A stretch of 64,000 bases of DNA. It comes from Octopus sinensis (Eukaryota). The stretch covers positions 54,746,001-54,810,000 of the forward strand of contig NC_043001.1 of assembly GCF_006345805.1 (NCBI RefSeq), in the 5' to 3' direction. Position 1 is the stretch's first letter, and each line of letters begins with the position of its first letter. A program made the position numbers and the translations under genes. A model generated the notes under the pieces. It worked only from the letters and a program-made list of their open reading frames with translations. It had not been told where the DNA came from and ran no database searches. Shown here one piece after another: positions 52,553 through 64,000 of the stretch.

Positions 52553-52655
52553 GTGTCTTCATGCCAATTGGTCTGTCTCTCCGACCATGGATGGCTTCTG
52601 CTGCCATGGCGTTATCTTCTGTTACCGTTGTATCCTTATCTTTACTTCTCAAATT
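52553..52655 (+). CDS. ATP7: ATP7 exon w19 (103 nt): TM8 [12 protein letters not shown]
   Basis: tttcag|GT ... ATT|gtgagt, phase 1/2; MxxSS motif. Confidence 0.96.
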
Positions 52656-53549
52656 GTGAGTATTATTCTCTTATAAAATTTTGTGTGTGTGTGTTGAGAA
52701 ATGGGAACAGAGAAAGAGGCAACATGAGATCTGATAGACAGAAACCAAATTTTGTACCATCAGCCATAAAGCAAAAAATAATGGTTATGTTTATATATTT
52801 GATTTATAAGATTTTTGATGCAAAATTGTGTGTTGAAATAGATATTATTATACTTTAGGATGGTCATATTTTGCCAATTAACACACACATTGTATGTTTG
52901 GTTTTTACTTCAGCAGTGTTGTTGGTGTTATTAATATTATTATTATTATTATTATTATATTATTATTATTATTATTATTATTATTGAGTGAGAGAGCAAT
53001 GCATGCCATCAAAGTGACACTGGGGTACAAATATATGAAGCCCAATATACCTAGCATGACTACCTGTCTGATAAGGTACACCAGGCACATGCATTACAAC
53101 TATATGTGTGTGACATGATGACCTTATACCAAAATAAACAGCTCATGACCTTACAAGTGGGACCCAGTTAGAATTTTTTTTTCAGGTGAAGTAGCTCATC
53201 CTGTTCAAAATGTCCCTGAATAAGGGTTAAGGATGTTGAATGAAACACCCATATTTTCAGAGGTGAATTATCGAAACCTCAAAGAATTCCTCTCAACACA
53301 TGGCTATGATGCTCCCCAACTACTTCTGTTCATAATCAGAGATACACATATTGTCAGCCACTAAAGGACATGGTCAACTGGTTACGGTCAAGCAACTGAT
53401 GAGCAAATCTGTGATATTGAGCAGAATATTTGCTGTAGCCCATCTTTTTAAACCAAGACAAAACATGTACATGATAATACTTCCAATCAGTTAAGATCAG
53501 ATGCCATGAGAGCCAGTACCTGGTTCTGCAGCAGGACATTTGTTATTTT

Positions 53550-53550
53550 A

Positions 53551-53599
<49 letters not shown>
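53550..53599 (+). repeat. (TAT)n microsatellite followed by a SINE family A copy; representative of many (TA)n, (AC)n and (TAT)n tracts
   Basis: Direct reading. Confidence 0.9.
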
Positions 53600-53600
<1 letters not shown>

Positions 53601-54778
53601 GGCAGTAAGCTAGCAGAATCGTTAGCACACTGGGTGAAATGCTTAGCAGTATTTCATCTGTCGTCAAGTACTGGGGTCGATGTGATCAACCATCCCTCTC
53701 CCCGCAAATTCCAGGCCTTGTGCCTATAGTAGAAAGGATTATTATTATATTAGTTTCTTGGACCTCTTCAGCGACTCCTTATTACACATGCATATATTTG
53801 ATAAATAACAAAAATGATTCTATCATGGCCAGCTGTATGTCACTTCTATTTCCATTCAGGTGCATTTGAAATACCTGTCATTTTCTCTCTCTTTCCTCCC
53901 ATTTTTGGTATTCTATGAAACAAATTTTTTTATGCAGAGAGAAATGGAGATAATCAAAAATTAACTACACTAATCTCAGTATTGTTGGAGTTCTTGCAAA
54001 AGGACAGTCATGGGCACTCTTTGTTCTTCTTAGTTGTTATGCAACAAATGCAAGAGCTCTGAATGATTTTATTTGGAAAAGCATGATCTTTTTTCTCACT
54101 CTACCATCCATGTAATATCATCTGAATTTTTTTAACATCATCATTGTCTGAAAAGAAAAAGAATATTTGTTGTATGGAAGGAATTTGAAAACACAGTAAA
54201 TGCAGCTGTTTCAAAATCAAACATGAGAGTCACAGGTGAAACACCAGTTCTATCATGTTTTGATAATTCAGTAGATTTCAGTGTAACCTGCTTCAGATCA
54301 ACTACAATGACCAAAGGAACCGTATGAGATCCATTTAGCTACTAACAATGACATCTTTGGAGTTATTAGAATGTAGAACTGGTATTTCTCTCCAAACAGT
54401 CTTTGACTCTGATATTGGTTATATTTAATGCTTTTGAAATCAGCCCCACTACAGTTGTTTTTTAATTTTTATTTTTAAAGCCATTTCTAGAATTGTTATT
54501 AGTGTGAAATTATTCTATAAAATAAATTTAGAATATATGAAAAATTGGTCTGAGGTTTGATAAAAAGTCATGCTATACACACACACACATATTAGTCAGC
54601 CTGTGGAAGAGACTATCAATCAAAAACCATAAGCAGTATGACCGCCTCGACTGATGCTTTTGCTTGCTCACTGCTCAGTTCATTTTCCTTGCTAGTTTAA
54701 TTTTCTTTGGCATTTTTTATTCATTTATTTAATTATTTATTTTTCATTCATTCTTTTCTTTTTTTTTCCGCACTCAAG

Positions 54779-55013
54779 ATTCCAGAAACCCACAAAGAAC
54801 GAACTCCTCACGCAAGAATACTTTCGCAAACATTGTGAAAGAGAAGTTGAAAATATCTCCGTCCACCGTGGTATTGATGAATGTCCTCCAAGTCCGAAAG
54901 GCAGTCGACAGGGCAGTATCTTATCACGGCTGAGTGGCAAGTCAAAGAAGCCACCGACAGCTGAATCTAACAACTTGCTTCAGATGGACCCCACAGTTGA
55001 AATTGAAGCTTAG
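54779..55013 (+). CDS. ATP7: ATP7 last coding exon (235 nt): LFQKPT...ISVHRGID...NNLLQMDPTVEIEA*
   Basis: Long pyrimidine tract, then ctcaag|A; phase 2. The tail resembles the vertebrate ATP7A tail (KPT, SVHxGID, dileucine). TAG at 55011-55013. Confidence 0.88.
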
Positions 55014-55099
55014 TTCCATCATCATCATCATTATCACTTTTATGTCTCCTTTTCCATACTATATGGGATGGATGGGTGTTCCCCACCACAGTTTGTCAT

Positions 55100-55390
55100 G
55101 TTATGGTTCTTTGTCATTTCCTATGTGAAGTTCAGCCTCTTGACATCAACATTCACCACTCCTTCCCCTATTTTCCTCACTCTTTTTCTACCACCTGTTC
55201 CCTCTACTTGCATTGCTTGGCAATAGTTTACTCAGTTCTCCTTTTCCTCTGCACATTACATACTTCTACCAGTGCAGTCTTCTCTCTTGTACATTATATC
55301 GGATTCTTCTTATACCCAGCTTTTCCCTCAGTTCATCTCTGCTGTTGTTTATTGTTCATGCACATCTATTGGAGCACACTTATCTCATCT
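55100..55390 (-). mobile_element. RTE LINE 3' remnant, antisense, about 90 nt after the ATP7 stop codon
   Basis: The minus strand reads ELREKLGIRRIRYNVQERRLHW*KYVM, an RTE C-terminal signature. Confidence 0.7.
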
Positions 55391-55536
55391 TATTTCTTTC
55401 CATCCTCTCCATTCAAGGGCCATGTTGTGCTGTTTCCTTTGTCAATATCATCTTTATTAACTTCATCATTATCATAATCATCAATATCAGTAACACACAC
55501 ACACACACATTTTCTCTCTCTCTCTCTCTCTCTAAA

Positions 55537-55575
<39 letters not shown>

Positions 55576-55921
55576 CTGTGTATGAGCAGTGGAGTTAGCT
55601 CTGTTAGTAAAGAACTTGGTTAGTTTTATTTTTTTATGGCATTTAGTTTGGCAGTAATATTTCACATTTTCTGAATTCAAATCCTTGGTGTTTCCTTTTG
55701 ATTTTTTTTTATATATATATTCCCATCTTCTTATCTGCTCTCACTTTCTGTCAACAAAATAAGTTAGTTAACAACAATATACTGGGAATTGGCAGGAGTT
55801 TTTGTGAACTGATCCTCTAATAGTTGAGAAGAATTCACATATGCATGAGACACGTGCACTTACACACACACACACACACATGCACACACACTATGTTTGT
55901 TTGCATGCAGATACTTGCTTG

Positions 55922-55955
<34 letters not shown>

Positions 55956-56095
55956 TATGTATATATATAATGGAGAAATTGTACAAAATGTATAAATGGA
56001 TGATGAGTAAAGCACTGTCACAGTTTCGATTATCTGTTGTTATCCATAGATTTACTGCAGGGACTTCATAGCTTCATAGTGATGGTTGGGGTAAC

Positions 56096-56391
56096 AGTAT
56101 TAATTGAATAGGAGATGGAATGTGTAATAGATTTTATTGGGTACAGCACCTTTTGACCTGTTCTGGATCTCTTCAAGTCTCACTAGAGATTTCTTGAGTC
56201 GGCTTACGTACTGCTATATGTCCATCAAATTCTTTAATTTGATGGACTTATAGCGGGCTCAAGAATTAAGCCAACTCAAGAAATCTCTAGTGAGACTTTT
56301 TATTGATGTACCTGAAGAGATCCAGAATGGTCAAAAGGTGCTGTACCCAATAAAATCTATTACACATTCCATCTCCTATTTTATTAATACT
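56096..56391. repeat. Long near-perfect inverted repeat (foldback hairpin)
   Basis: 56107-56158 is the exact reverse complement of 56329-56380; further paired blocks lie inside. Confidence 0.95.
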
Positions 56392-59118
56392 ATTTGTATA
56401 TACACACACACACACATATGTATGAGACATATCAAAACAATACTGTTTATAGTTTGTTGATGAAGATTTTGGTCCCACCTCTGAAGTAACTGCCCCAAAT
56501 TAATTTAATGCGTAATGGTTGAAATAGGATAGTGATTTTTATGACTCTGCATTTCAAATTCCAAATCAGTGCAACCTCATGCTTTGCCACAAAAAAAAAT
56601 ATGAAAGAAAAAAAAAACTGACAATATTAAGTACCATTCCAGTCATGACCACGCTGTCTTTATTTAATCTAGGGCTACACACAGTGAGTGATTTTGAGGG
56701 AGATTTAGCTGTTATTTTTAGTTGCTTGAGTGACAATGCAACAGGCTTCTTCATTTCATTGTTTTTTAATGTTCCAAGTGTGGTGGGGCCTAGAAATTTT
56801 CTCTATTCATTTTTTTTTATTACTGAAGCTCCCCTCATCTATTGGTTCATTTATGCATGGAACGAACGTTTTTGATAACTCTTCTTGCTCATGGCACCAT
56901 CAAACAGACACTTTTATCTGTTGCCATTTGTAGGGTTCATCTGTTGCTAGTTGCGGGGTTCATATGTTATCCAGTAAAAGGTTAATTTGTTTTCATATCA
57001 CTTGTTTTAGCCCCAGATCAGCCCTCAACAACCAGACCTATGTTTAAAGTCATTCTATACATGTCCATCTTATCTTCTATTTTTATTTTAGATATGTAAG
57101 ATCTACAAAAATTTTTGTCCTTTTTTTAAACATTATAGGGTATGATTTAGAGAAAACTTGGCTGCTACATCTAGAAGGTTAGACAACTGCATGTAGACTC
57201 ACTTCCTCTGGTGTTTGTGTGGCACATAGAGAATTCTTCACATCTCACAGTATTTGCAGCTAGACTGTATTTGTTCTATAATCAAATTTGTGTACAATTA
57301 ATGAAGTTCACAGATTTAATAGCAAGAAATAAAAAGGAAGTTTGAAAGCCTTTTATGTGGACTAACATGGAGAGTGAATATAATTTGCCACTACACAGTA
57401 GTCAAACTGATCATGGGAATGTGAGCAGCATTCACAAATTAGTTCTCCTCTTTCATCTCCTCCTTATAATCAAGTCAGTATTTCACATGTAGGATTGAAT
57501 TTTTTTGTGCTCCATGGATGACAAACCACGGAGGAATGTTTTAACATAGTAGGTCCTGTATCTTTTTACACACATGAGGCATAAACTTTAGACAAAAACT
57601 TAAAACACACATATGCACTAAAATCCCACCATGGCTCTTTATACCTTTTCTGCCCCCTCAAATGTGTCCAGGATACATGAAATAAATATCCATAATGTAT
57701 CAGGGTCAATGCAGTTGACTATATCTTCTTCCTCCAACAAAACTTGACTCTAAAATTTAAAGCATAAATAACAGTGAGCTGGTGAAATTATAAGTTCATC
57801 AAAAACAAAAAAATGCATTACTTTGTATTTGTTCTGGCTCTTTACATCCGGAGTTCAAATCCTGCTGAGGTTAACTTTGCCTTTCCTCCCCCTGAAGTCA
57901 ATAAAGCAAAATATCAAGCCAAAAACTGGGAACAGTGTATCAGCTAACACTCTCCCTTAATGGTTGGCCTTGTGCTAAATCAGAAACCATTGTTATTATC
58001 AAAATCATGGTGGTGGTTGTTTAGTTACATTGCTTTCATTCGAAGTTGAAATCCCACCGAGTTTCGACTTTCCATTTCATCCTTTCAGCATCAATCAAAT
58101 ATGTACCAGTCAACTATGAAGTTCAATATAATCAATTATATATACTCTTACCCTGAAATTTGTGGCCTTGTGCCATTGCTAGAAAACATTGTAATTATTA
58201 TTGAACATCAAATTAAAAATATTCTTTATTTAAAAAAAGAAAAGAAATATATATGTATGAAGTGTATAAAAATATAATTTCTTAATGAAACGCACTTGTA
58301 TTTTGTTCTTTTTTAATTACTTCTGTGTTTTTTATTTATCTTTATGAAATTGATATATAACCAAACATTTACCTTCAAAGTTTTACATGAGCTATTTTTA
58401 AAATGAAAAAGAAAGCCAAAAATTAATATTATTTGCCAAAGTCAACTTTGCCTGTCATCCCTTCAGGGTTGATAAATTAAGTACTAGTTGTCTCGATGTA
58501 ATCAACTAGCTTCCTCCCCTAAAATTTCAGGCTTTGTACCTTTAGTAGAAAGGATTATCATCATTATTATTATTGTTGTTAAAGTGGTGAGCTGGCAGAA
58601 TTGTTCGCATGCTGGGCAAAATTCTTAGCAAACATTTAATTTGTCTTTATGTTCTGAGTTCAAATTCCACCAAGGTTGACTTCACCTTTCATCTTTTCAG
58701 TAAAACAAATACCAGTTTTGTTAGACCATTTTGTTATTAAGCTAACTAGCATCTTCTAAGGCTAATTTGTGAAATTTCTGTCTTTTTAGGACAAATTTTC
58801 ACATTTAAAAGGTTAATGTACATATTTAAAAAAAATATAGTTTCTCAATTGTGAGAGGAGATGATTCTTGGAAGAGCCATTATGAAAACTGTTTCCCACC
58901 ATCACCTGCTACAACTCTTTTCTCTTTTACTTGTTTTAGTCATTTGACTGTAGCCATGCTGGAGCACTGCCTTTAGTTGAGCAAATCGACCCCAGGACTT
59001 ATTCTTTGTAAGTCTAGTACTTATTCTATTGGTCTTTTTTGTTGAACCGCTAAGTTATGGGGACGTAAACATACCAGCATTGGTTGTCAAGCAATGTTGG
59101 GTGGACAAACACAGACAC

Positions 59119-59176
<58 letters not shown>

Positions 59177-60599
59177 ACACCTTTCAATTTCCGTCTACCA
59201 AATCCACTCACAAGGCTTTGGTCAGCCCGAAGCTATAGTAGAAGACACTTGCCCAAGGTGCCACACAGTGGGACTGAACCCGGAACCATGTGGCTGGTAA
59301 GCAAGCTACTTCCACACAGCCACTCCTAACAGAGAATATATGAATAACAATGGCAGTGACAACCACAAAGACAATGCAAATGAAAAATGTGAAAGGAACA
59401 GTATTCCCACACCACTACTATTAAGGGTAACAGCAACAATTGTGATAAGCAAGACAAAGGGAACATTGAAACAAACCTACACAAACTTTAATACAATAAA
59501 AACAGCAAACACTGTGGTTTGGAAACAAAATGGAAAAGATTCCTTGAATGCATATGGAAAACTAAAGGCAGTTTAATTATTAGAACAAGAACTAAAGAAT
59601 GCAAAAGCTCATCTTACTAAAAATGGTAGAACGCACTATATGAAATCCAAGAGAAATCCCCTAATGGGAAACAATACTATACAAATATGCTGCACTCAAA
59701 ACGAGGTAACTTGAGAGAATAACATAGGCTCTAATTGAAAAGTGCCTTAAACCAATCTGGAACATAAAAATATACATCACTTGAAGATGTTTTGGTGCAG
59801 TTGAAGTGAGGTTTGAAACTGAAGAGGCAAAAGAAGATTCAACAACAACCCTAAAAAAGGTAATGAACTACTACTGATTCCAACATATTTCAATTGGGTA
59901 GTCACAAAAATAAAGGTGGCTGAGGTTACAATAGAAGTAATGTCTTTACTAATGGCAGCCTTATTATATGGCGTAGAAAATAAGACACATTTTATGAGAC
60001 TTGGAAAGAAATATTAGTTAAGCACTTGGATGGAATTATTAATACACACAGATTAAGAGGGCATAGAAGCCATCTTAGATTTGATCAAACACTAACCATC
60101 TGCGAGTTTCCTGCCCACTGCAAAAGGAAAGAGTAGGAAGACTCCTCTTTCTACTGCTGACGCCTTCACCACAACCACAAAGCAGCATCACTAAAAGAAA
60201 CCAACAACAGCAGTAAGAATACCATTAGCAACATCACAGGGACTATAAATAAAATCTCTGTAAAGAAATGTTGTGGAAACACTATAAATAGCTGGAAGGA
60301 CGGAAACATCTATCCTTCCACGGAAATACAGTAAGTGGTTCGTGCTTTTCTCTCTGTTGTTGGACATGGTGGAACTCTGAATAAGTAGTGTGAACACATG
60401 TGGCCTGTGGATTACCTTGGATGCAGGGCCACCTGATGAACGATCTCAGACCACCAGATGTTGATGTAGCCATTAGTGAGACCAGAATTTCCGATGCACG
60501 AGCATTTGCGTCCATTTTCAACTGTTGTACGCATTACCAGGTCTGCCAGGAATGGGGCGGAAAAGTTGTGTTGTTTCGGAAATGGTAAGTCGGTAATGC

Positions 60600-62450
60600 T
60601 GACATGACCTGTAGCGCAGGCCATGGCTTCAGACTACTAGCCGTCTATGCCTGGCCAGGGGCGGGCATGGGCAAACTGTATCGGGTTAATCTGATCAAGA
60701 TAGGGTATTCTGTAATCCATTAGATGGAGATAGCATATGTTGTCCACAATTTAAAGTGATCGGCTACATAGATAAATAATTTCTGGCCTGTATGGTCAAC
60801 CTGAACAGATTTCATTCTGCGCGTCATACTTACAGGGACCGGATAAGCGAATTAGTTAAGCGGACGTCGACGGCAGCAATCATTGACAAACAGAAGATAA
60901 CTGGCTCTAGAAAGAGCGTTTAGAATGGAGTCGATAAGGTTTAGCAAGCACGTAATAACGGAGAAAACTAGATTAAAGAGAGGTTTAGAAATCTGGAAGC
61001 GATACTTAGGAAAGGCATCGTAATCGACATGCTAGCAGTGGGACTGGCCCTTGACCAAATATTTAACAGGAGATATGAAGGCTGCGCAGTCAGAGCTAAG
61101 GTACGTGCTCTAATTAAGAAAACCCGTTCGATAGCCTGAGTAGCAAAGATTCAGCGTGATTACAAAGTCACAATTTGTCTTTGCCCGACCACGATGAACG
61201 TGTGCTGCTCAAATTCTAGGCAGATGTGTACAGCATTTTGCTCGACTGAATGGGGGTGGGGGTGGATCGCAGGATGGACTTAGTTGTCTACCTCGAAGGA
61301 CTGCCGCGACATTCGGCAATGGCATTAGAGTGTTGCAAAACGGCCAAAACAGTCACTGAAATAAAAGGAGCCATGCCTGGATGCACGAGTAGCAAATCGT
61401 CTGGTTTGGATAGACTTACCTCTGAGTCTTATGTCGATACTCCAGAATTGTTCGGCGATCTCTTAGCAGATGTCTACTGCAACTGGTAACAGAATAGTAG
61501 AATTCCTAATCCCGTGAGCCGAGGAGTGGTGGCACTGCTGAGTAAGAACTTGAGCAAAGTGGACTACATAGTTTATTTTCGGTCCATAGTTCTGCTAAAT
61601 GCTCGGTTCAAGAGTATAACTATCTTCTAAGCGGCAGTTTCGATCCCATTTTCAAGGGCTGATTGTAATGTACAGCGACATCTGTTCGCTGGTTAATGAG
61701 TAAATGGCCACCAATCAGAACCGTTCCGTATCATGTACTCTATTTGCCAAGATTGTCCACTCTCGTCTCTCCAGCTTGACTTGGCTCTAGCGCTAGTGCT
61801 GCGGAAACTAGAAATGTTGAAGGGTATCCCGCACGAACTAGAATGTGTAAGATATGCAAATGACGTTGCTATAATAGAGTCAGCATCACTCTAAGGGAAT
61901 GTGAGGCGATGACAGGAGCAATAAATTAAATTGAAAACGTTGGGTCTGCAGCTCAGTACTTAGAGAGGTAGGTCCATGCTAGCTAACACTGGACGCTAGA
62001 CGATCACTGGACCAAATCAGACCCGGAACACCGGGGTCTGGTTTGTTTCAGATCTCCAATTGGACGAGGTGACGAACAGATGGCCAGTCTTACTGAGAAA
62101 TGCCATGCACTGAGGTTGCAACATCTCCAGATTTTCCTTGACAGTGAGCAGGTGCAGTTCCCCTTCACCAGACGCATTTTTCCGAGGTTCATTTTATTTT
62201 GACAAATCAAATGTGAACCGAGACAGAGCAGCAGACACCTAGTCTGCCGTCGGGCAATATGGTCAGTAGATGTTCCACCATGGCGTTCTATAGTGGATTA
62301 GTGATGTACAAAAGGCGACGCGACATTCTCTCGTGCAACCAGTCATCACTCTCTGTAGTTGTTAACGGACTTTCGCAGAGCTCCACATCCCTATCCTAGA
62401 GCCTAGCTGTTGAGGTTTGCAATAAAGTCTGTTCCTGTCTCCAAAATGCT
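60600..62450 (+). mobile_element. Decayed L1/Tx1-like LINE ORF2 (endonuclease and RT remnants)
   Basis: FRLLAVYA (endonuclease); KSSGLDRL...GVVALLSK...FRSIVLLN (similar to KSPGxDG...FRPIxLLN); YANDV (degenerate YADD). Confidence 0.75.
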
Positions 62451-62479
62451 GGAATAGAGTAGCGACCCATCGAACAACT

Positions 62480-63130
62480 TTTGCTTCCTCGTGCATTAGA
62501 GCACGTGCCAAGCTCTGACAATAAAATCTTCTTGTTTAGCATTGAAGAATCGACCAAGGCCCAATCTTGCCCCCAGCACGTTAGTCACGATGCCCTTCCA
62601 AAGCACCTTTTCTAGATTACTAACTAAATCTTCTTCAGCTATAGAACTTTATATCCCTATTTCCTTATTAACTCTAATAGTCTTTTACAAGGCTAACCAC
62701 CATTACTTGTTGACGACTGTCCCCGTCAACTTCCTCTTCGCCAATTCACAAATCCGGTTTCTATAAACTTGGTGTGTATGTCAAGACGCACCCAGTTTCT
62801 AGTAACTGGGCCCCAGTCTATGCAACTTAACTAGGTCGAACGTACAACTCACAAATCTATGATCTCTGTAGCCGAATATTTTGAATTGTGTATAACCTAT
62901 GCTATCCCTGTCTTCTGGTCTACAGAATGCTCTTTCTAGATACGATCTGGATAACCCGATAATGTTTGTAGCATCCAGGAAATCCAGTTGGTACCTGTGA
63001 GTCAGTTGGAAACGACTGAGCAGGTTTGAGTGAGTTTTACACCCCACTCTCCTGCCAGTTAGTCCCACCCAGGACAGATCTGCATCTAAGATGGTGTATC
63101 CATCGCCCATTAACACCAAAGAGAGGGACG
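62480..63130 (-). mobile_element. L1/Tx1-like endonuclease-linker fragment, inverted
   Basis: RFQLTHRYQLDF...SYLERAF...GYRDHRFVSC...GPSY resembles the APE domain motifs SxLD, SDH and GPxYWK. Confidence 0.75.
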
Positions 63131-63499
63131 TTCTCAAGAAAACCTTTACATACTTTCGCCTGTTTTTATTTTCTTGTTTGAAATTATGGCGGCGGTAACG
63201 CACACTGTCAGATTCAACGAGGAGATAGCAGAAAAATATCATACCACAATTAGCTTCATGAAAGAATAACAATAACAATAACAGCAATAGTAACGACAGC
63301 GGTAAGGACAATGTTTTTAACAACACAAGCAGCAGCAACAACAACAACAATAATAATAACTAATGATAATGACAATAGTAAGGATACGATCTGGATAACC
63401 AAATTCTGCTTGCCCATTTCCATTTTGGTGCATTCTGGAAATCCAGTCGGTACTTATCATCAAGTTGGAAGCATGTTTGAGAAGTTTCTACAATAGAAA

Positions 63500-64000
63500 T
63501 ATTGTACATATTTTCAATCAGCTACTCTGCCGAATTTCCTTATTTGCATGGGTCATTTTGATAGGACGCATGACAAGGGTTCAATGCTGGAAGTTGAATG
63601 CATTTCGGCACGTAAGCTTCCAACCAGAGTATTAGCAAATGAGTGACGTTGCAACTGAGCAGGCGCTTGATCGTCAAAAAAGCGGTGGTGGCATGCACTA
63701 AAGAGGACGATTAGAGTATTACGATTAACATTTAGAAACGTAGCGATAGAGTGAAAAATAGAAAAGAGGAAGCAAATAAGTAAATTAGGAAAGGAGATTT
63801 GCAATAGGCATCGTGATCAACGTTCTGACGATGACAATTGCTTTTTTAAATACGAAACACGAAAGTTGTTTTGATGGAGTTAAAAGCGTGTATTCTTAGA
63901 GACGAAGGAACGAAATCCATCGATGAATGCGGCTGGTAGATGTGTGTCGTAGCGACCAAGTTATAATTCAGACATTGATTGGCTGAGACGAGCAAATGTT
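63500..64000 (+). mobile_element. Further L1/Tx1-like fragment (WKLNA plus linker)
   Basis: CWKLNA motif; shares ggcatcgtga..aacgt text with the 62480-62700 and 61000-61120 fragments. Confidence 0.6.

Larger units (their letters stand above)
5072..55013 (+). other. ATP7: ATP7 copper-transporting P1B-type ATPase gene, 5'-incomplete: 20 coding exons plus 1 alternative exon in window, 1404 aa assembled
   Basis: The spliced ORF carries five GMxCxxC motifs, TGES, CPC, DKTGT, SEHP, TGDN, GDGVND, YN and MxxSS in the canonical order. All junctions are GT-AG with matching phases. Exon lengths sum to 4215 nt, divisible by 3, ending in TAG. Confidence 0.98.

Noticed and set aside
62799-63350. 183-aa minus-strand ORF as a novel gene
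   Set aside because: The N-terminus is translated microsatellite (poly-Leu) and the rest is an L1/Tx1 endonuclease remnant.

Overview
AT-rich, repeat-dense eukaryotic DNA. The tRNA-derived SINE families and microsatellites look cephalopod (Octopus-like); this taxon call is inference. The window is dominated by one + strand gene, a copper-transporting P1B-type ATPase (ATP7, ATP7A/B-like). I traced 20 constitutive-path coding exons from 5072 to the TAG at 55011-55013, all GT-AG and phase-compatible, totalling 4215 nt (1404 aa). The start codon and the first half of the first metal-binding domain lie upstream of the window. The main discovery is that the exon encoding the CPC metal-binding helix (TM6) exists as two intact, tandem, diverged copies: 34006-34197 and 35062-35253, both 192 nt, phase 0/0, 34/64 aa identical. 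This is a candidate mutually exclusive exon pair that would swap the ion-binding helix of the pump. Other observations include a cysteine-less HMA-like domain and at least 7 HMA modules, a ~300-nt near-perfect hairpin downstream of the stop, an RTE LINE with a twin-priming-type 5' inversion and TSD, tandem AAG/CAG acceptors on the last exon, an internally deleted piggyBac with intact ends plus related MITEs, mariner remnants, and a cluster of L1/Tx1 fragments in alternating orientation. Exon boundaries were read base by base; repeat boundaries are approximate.
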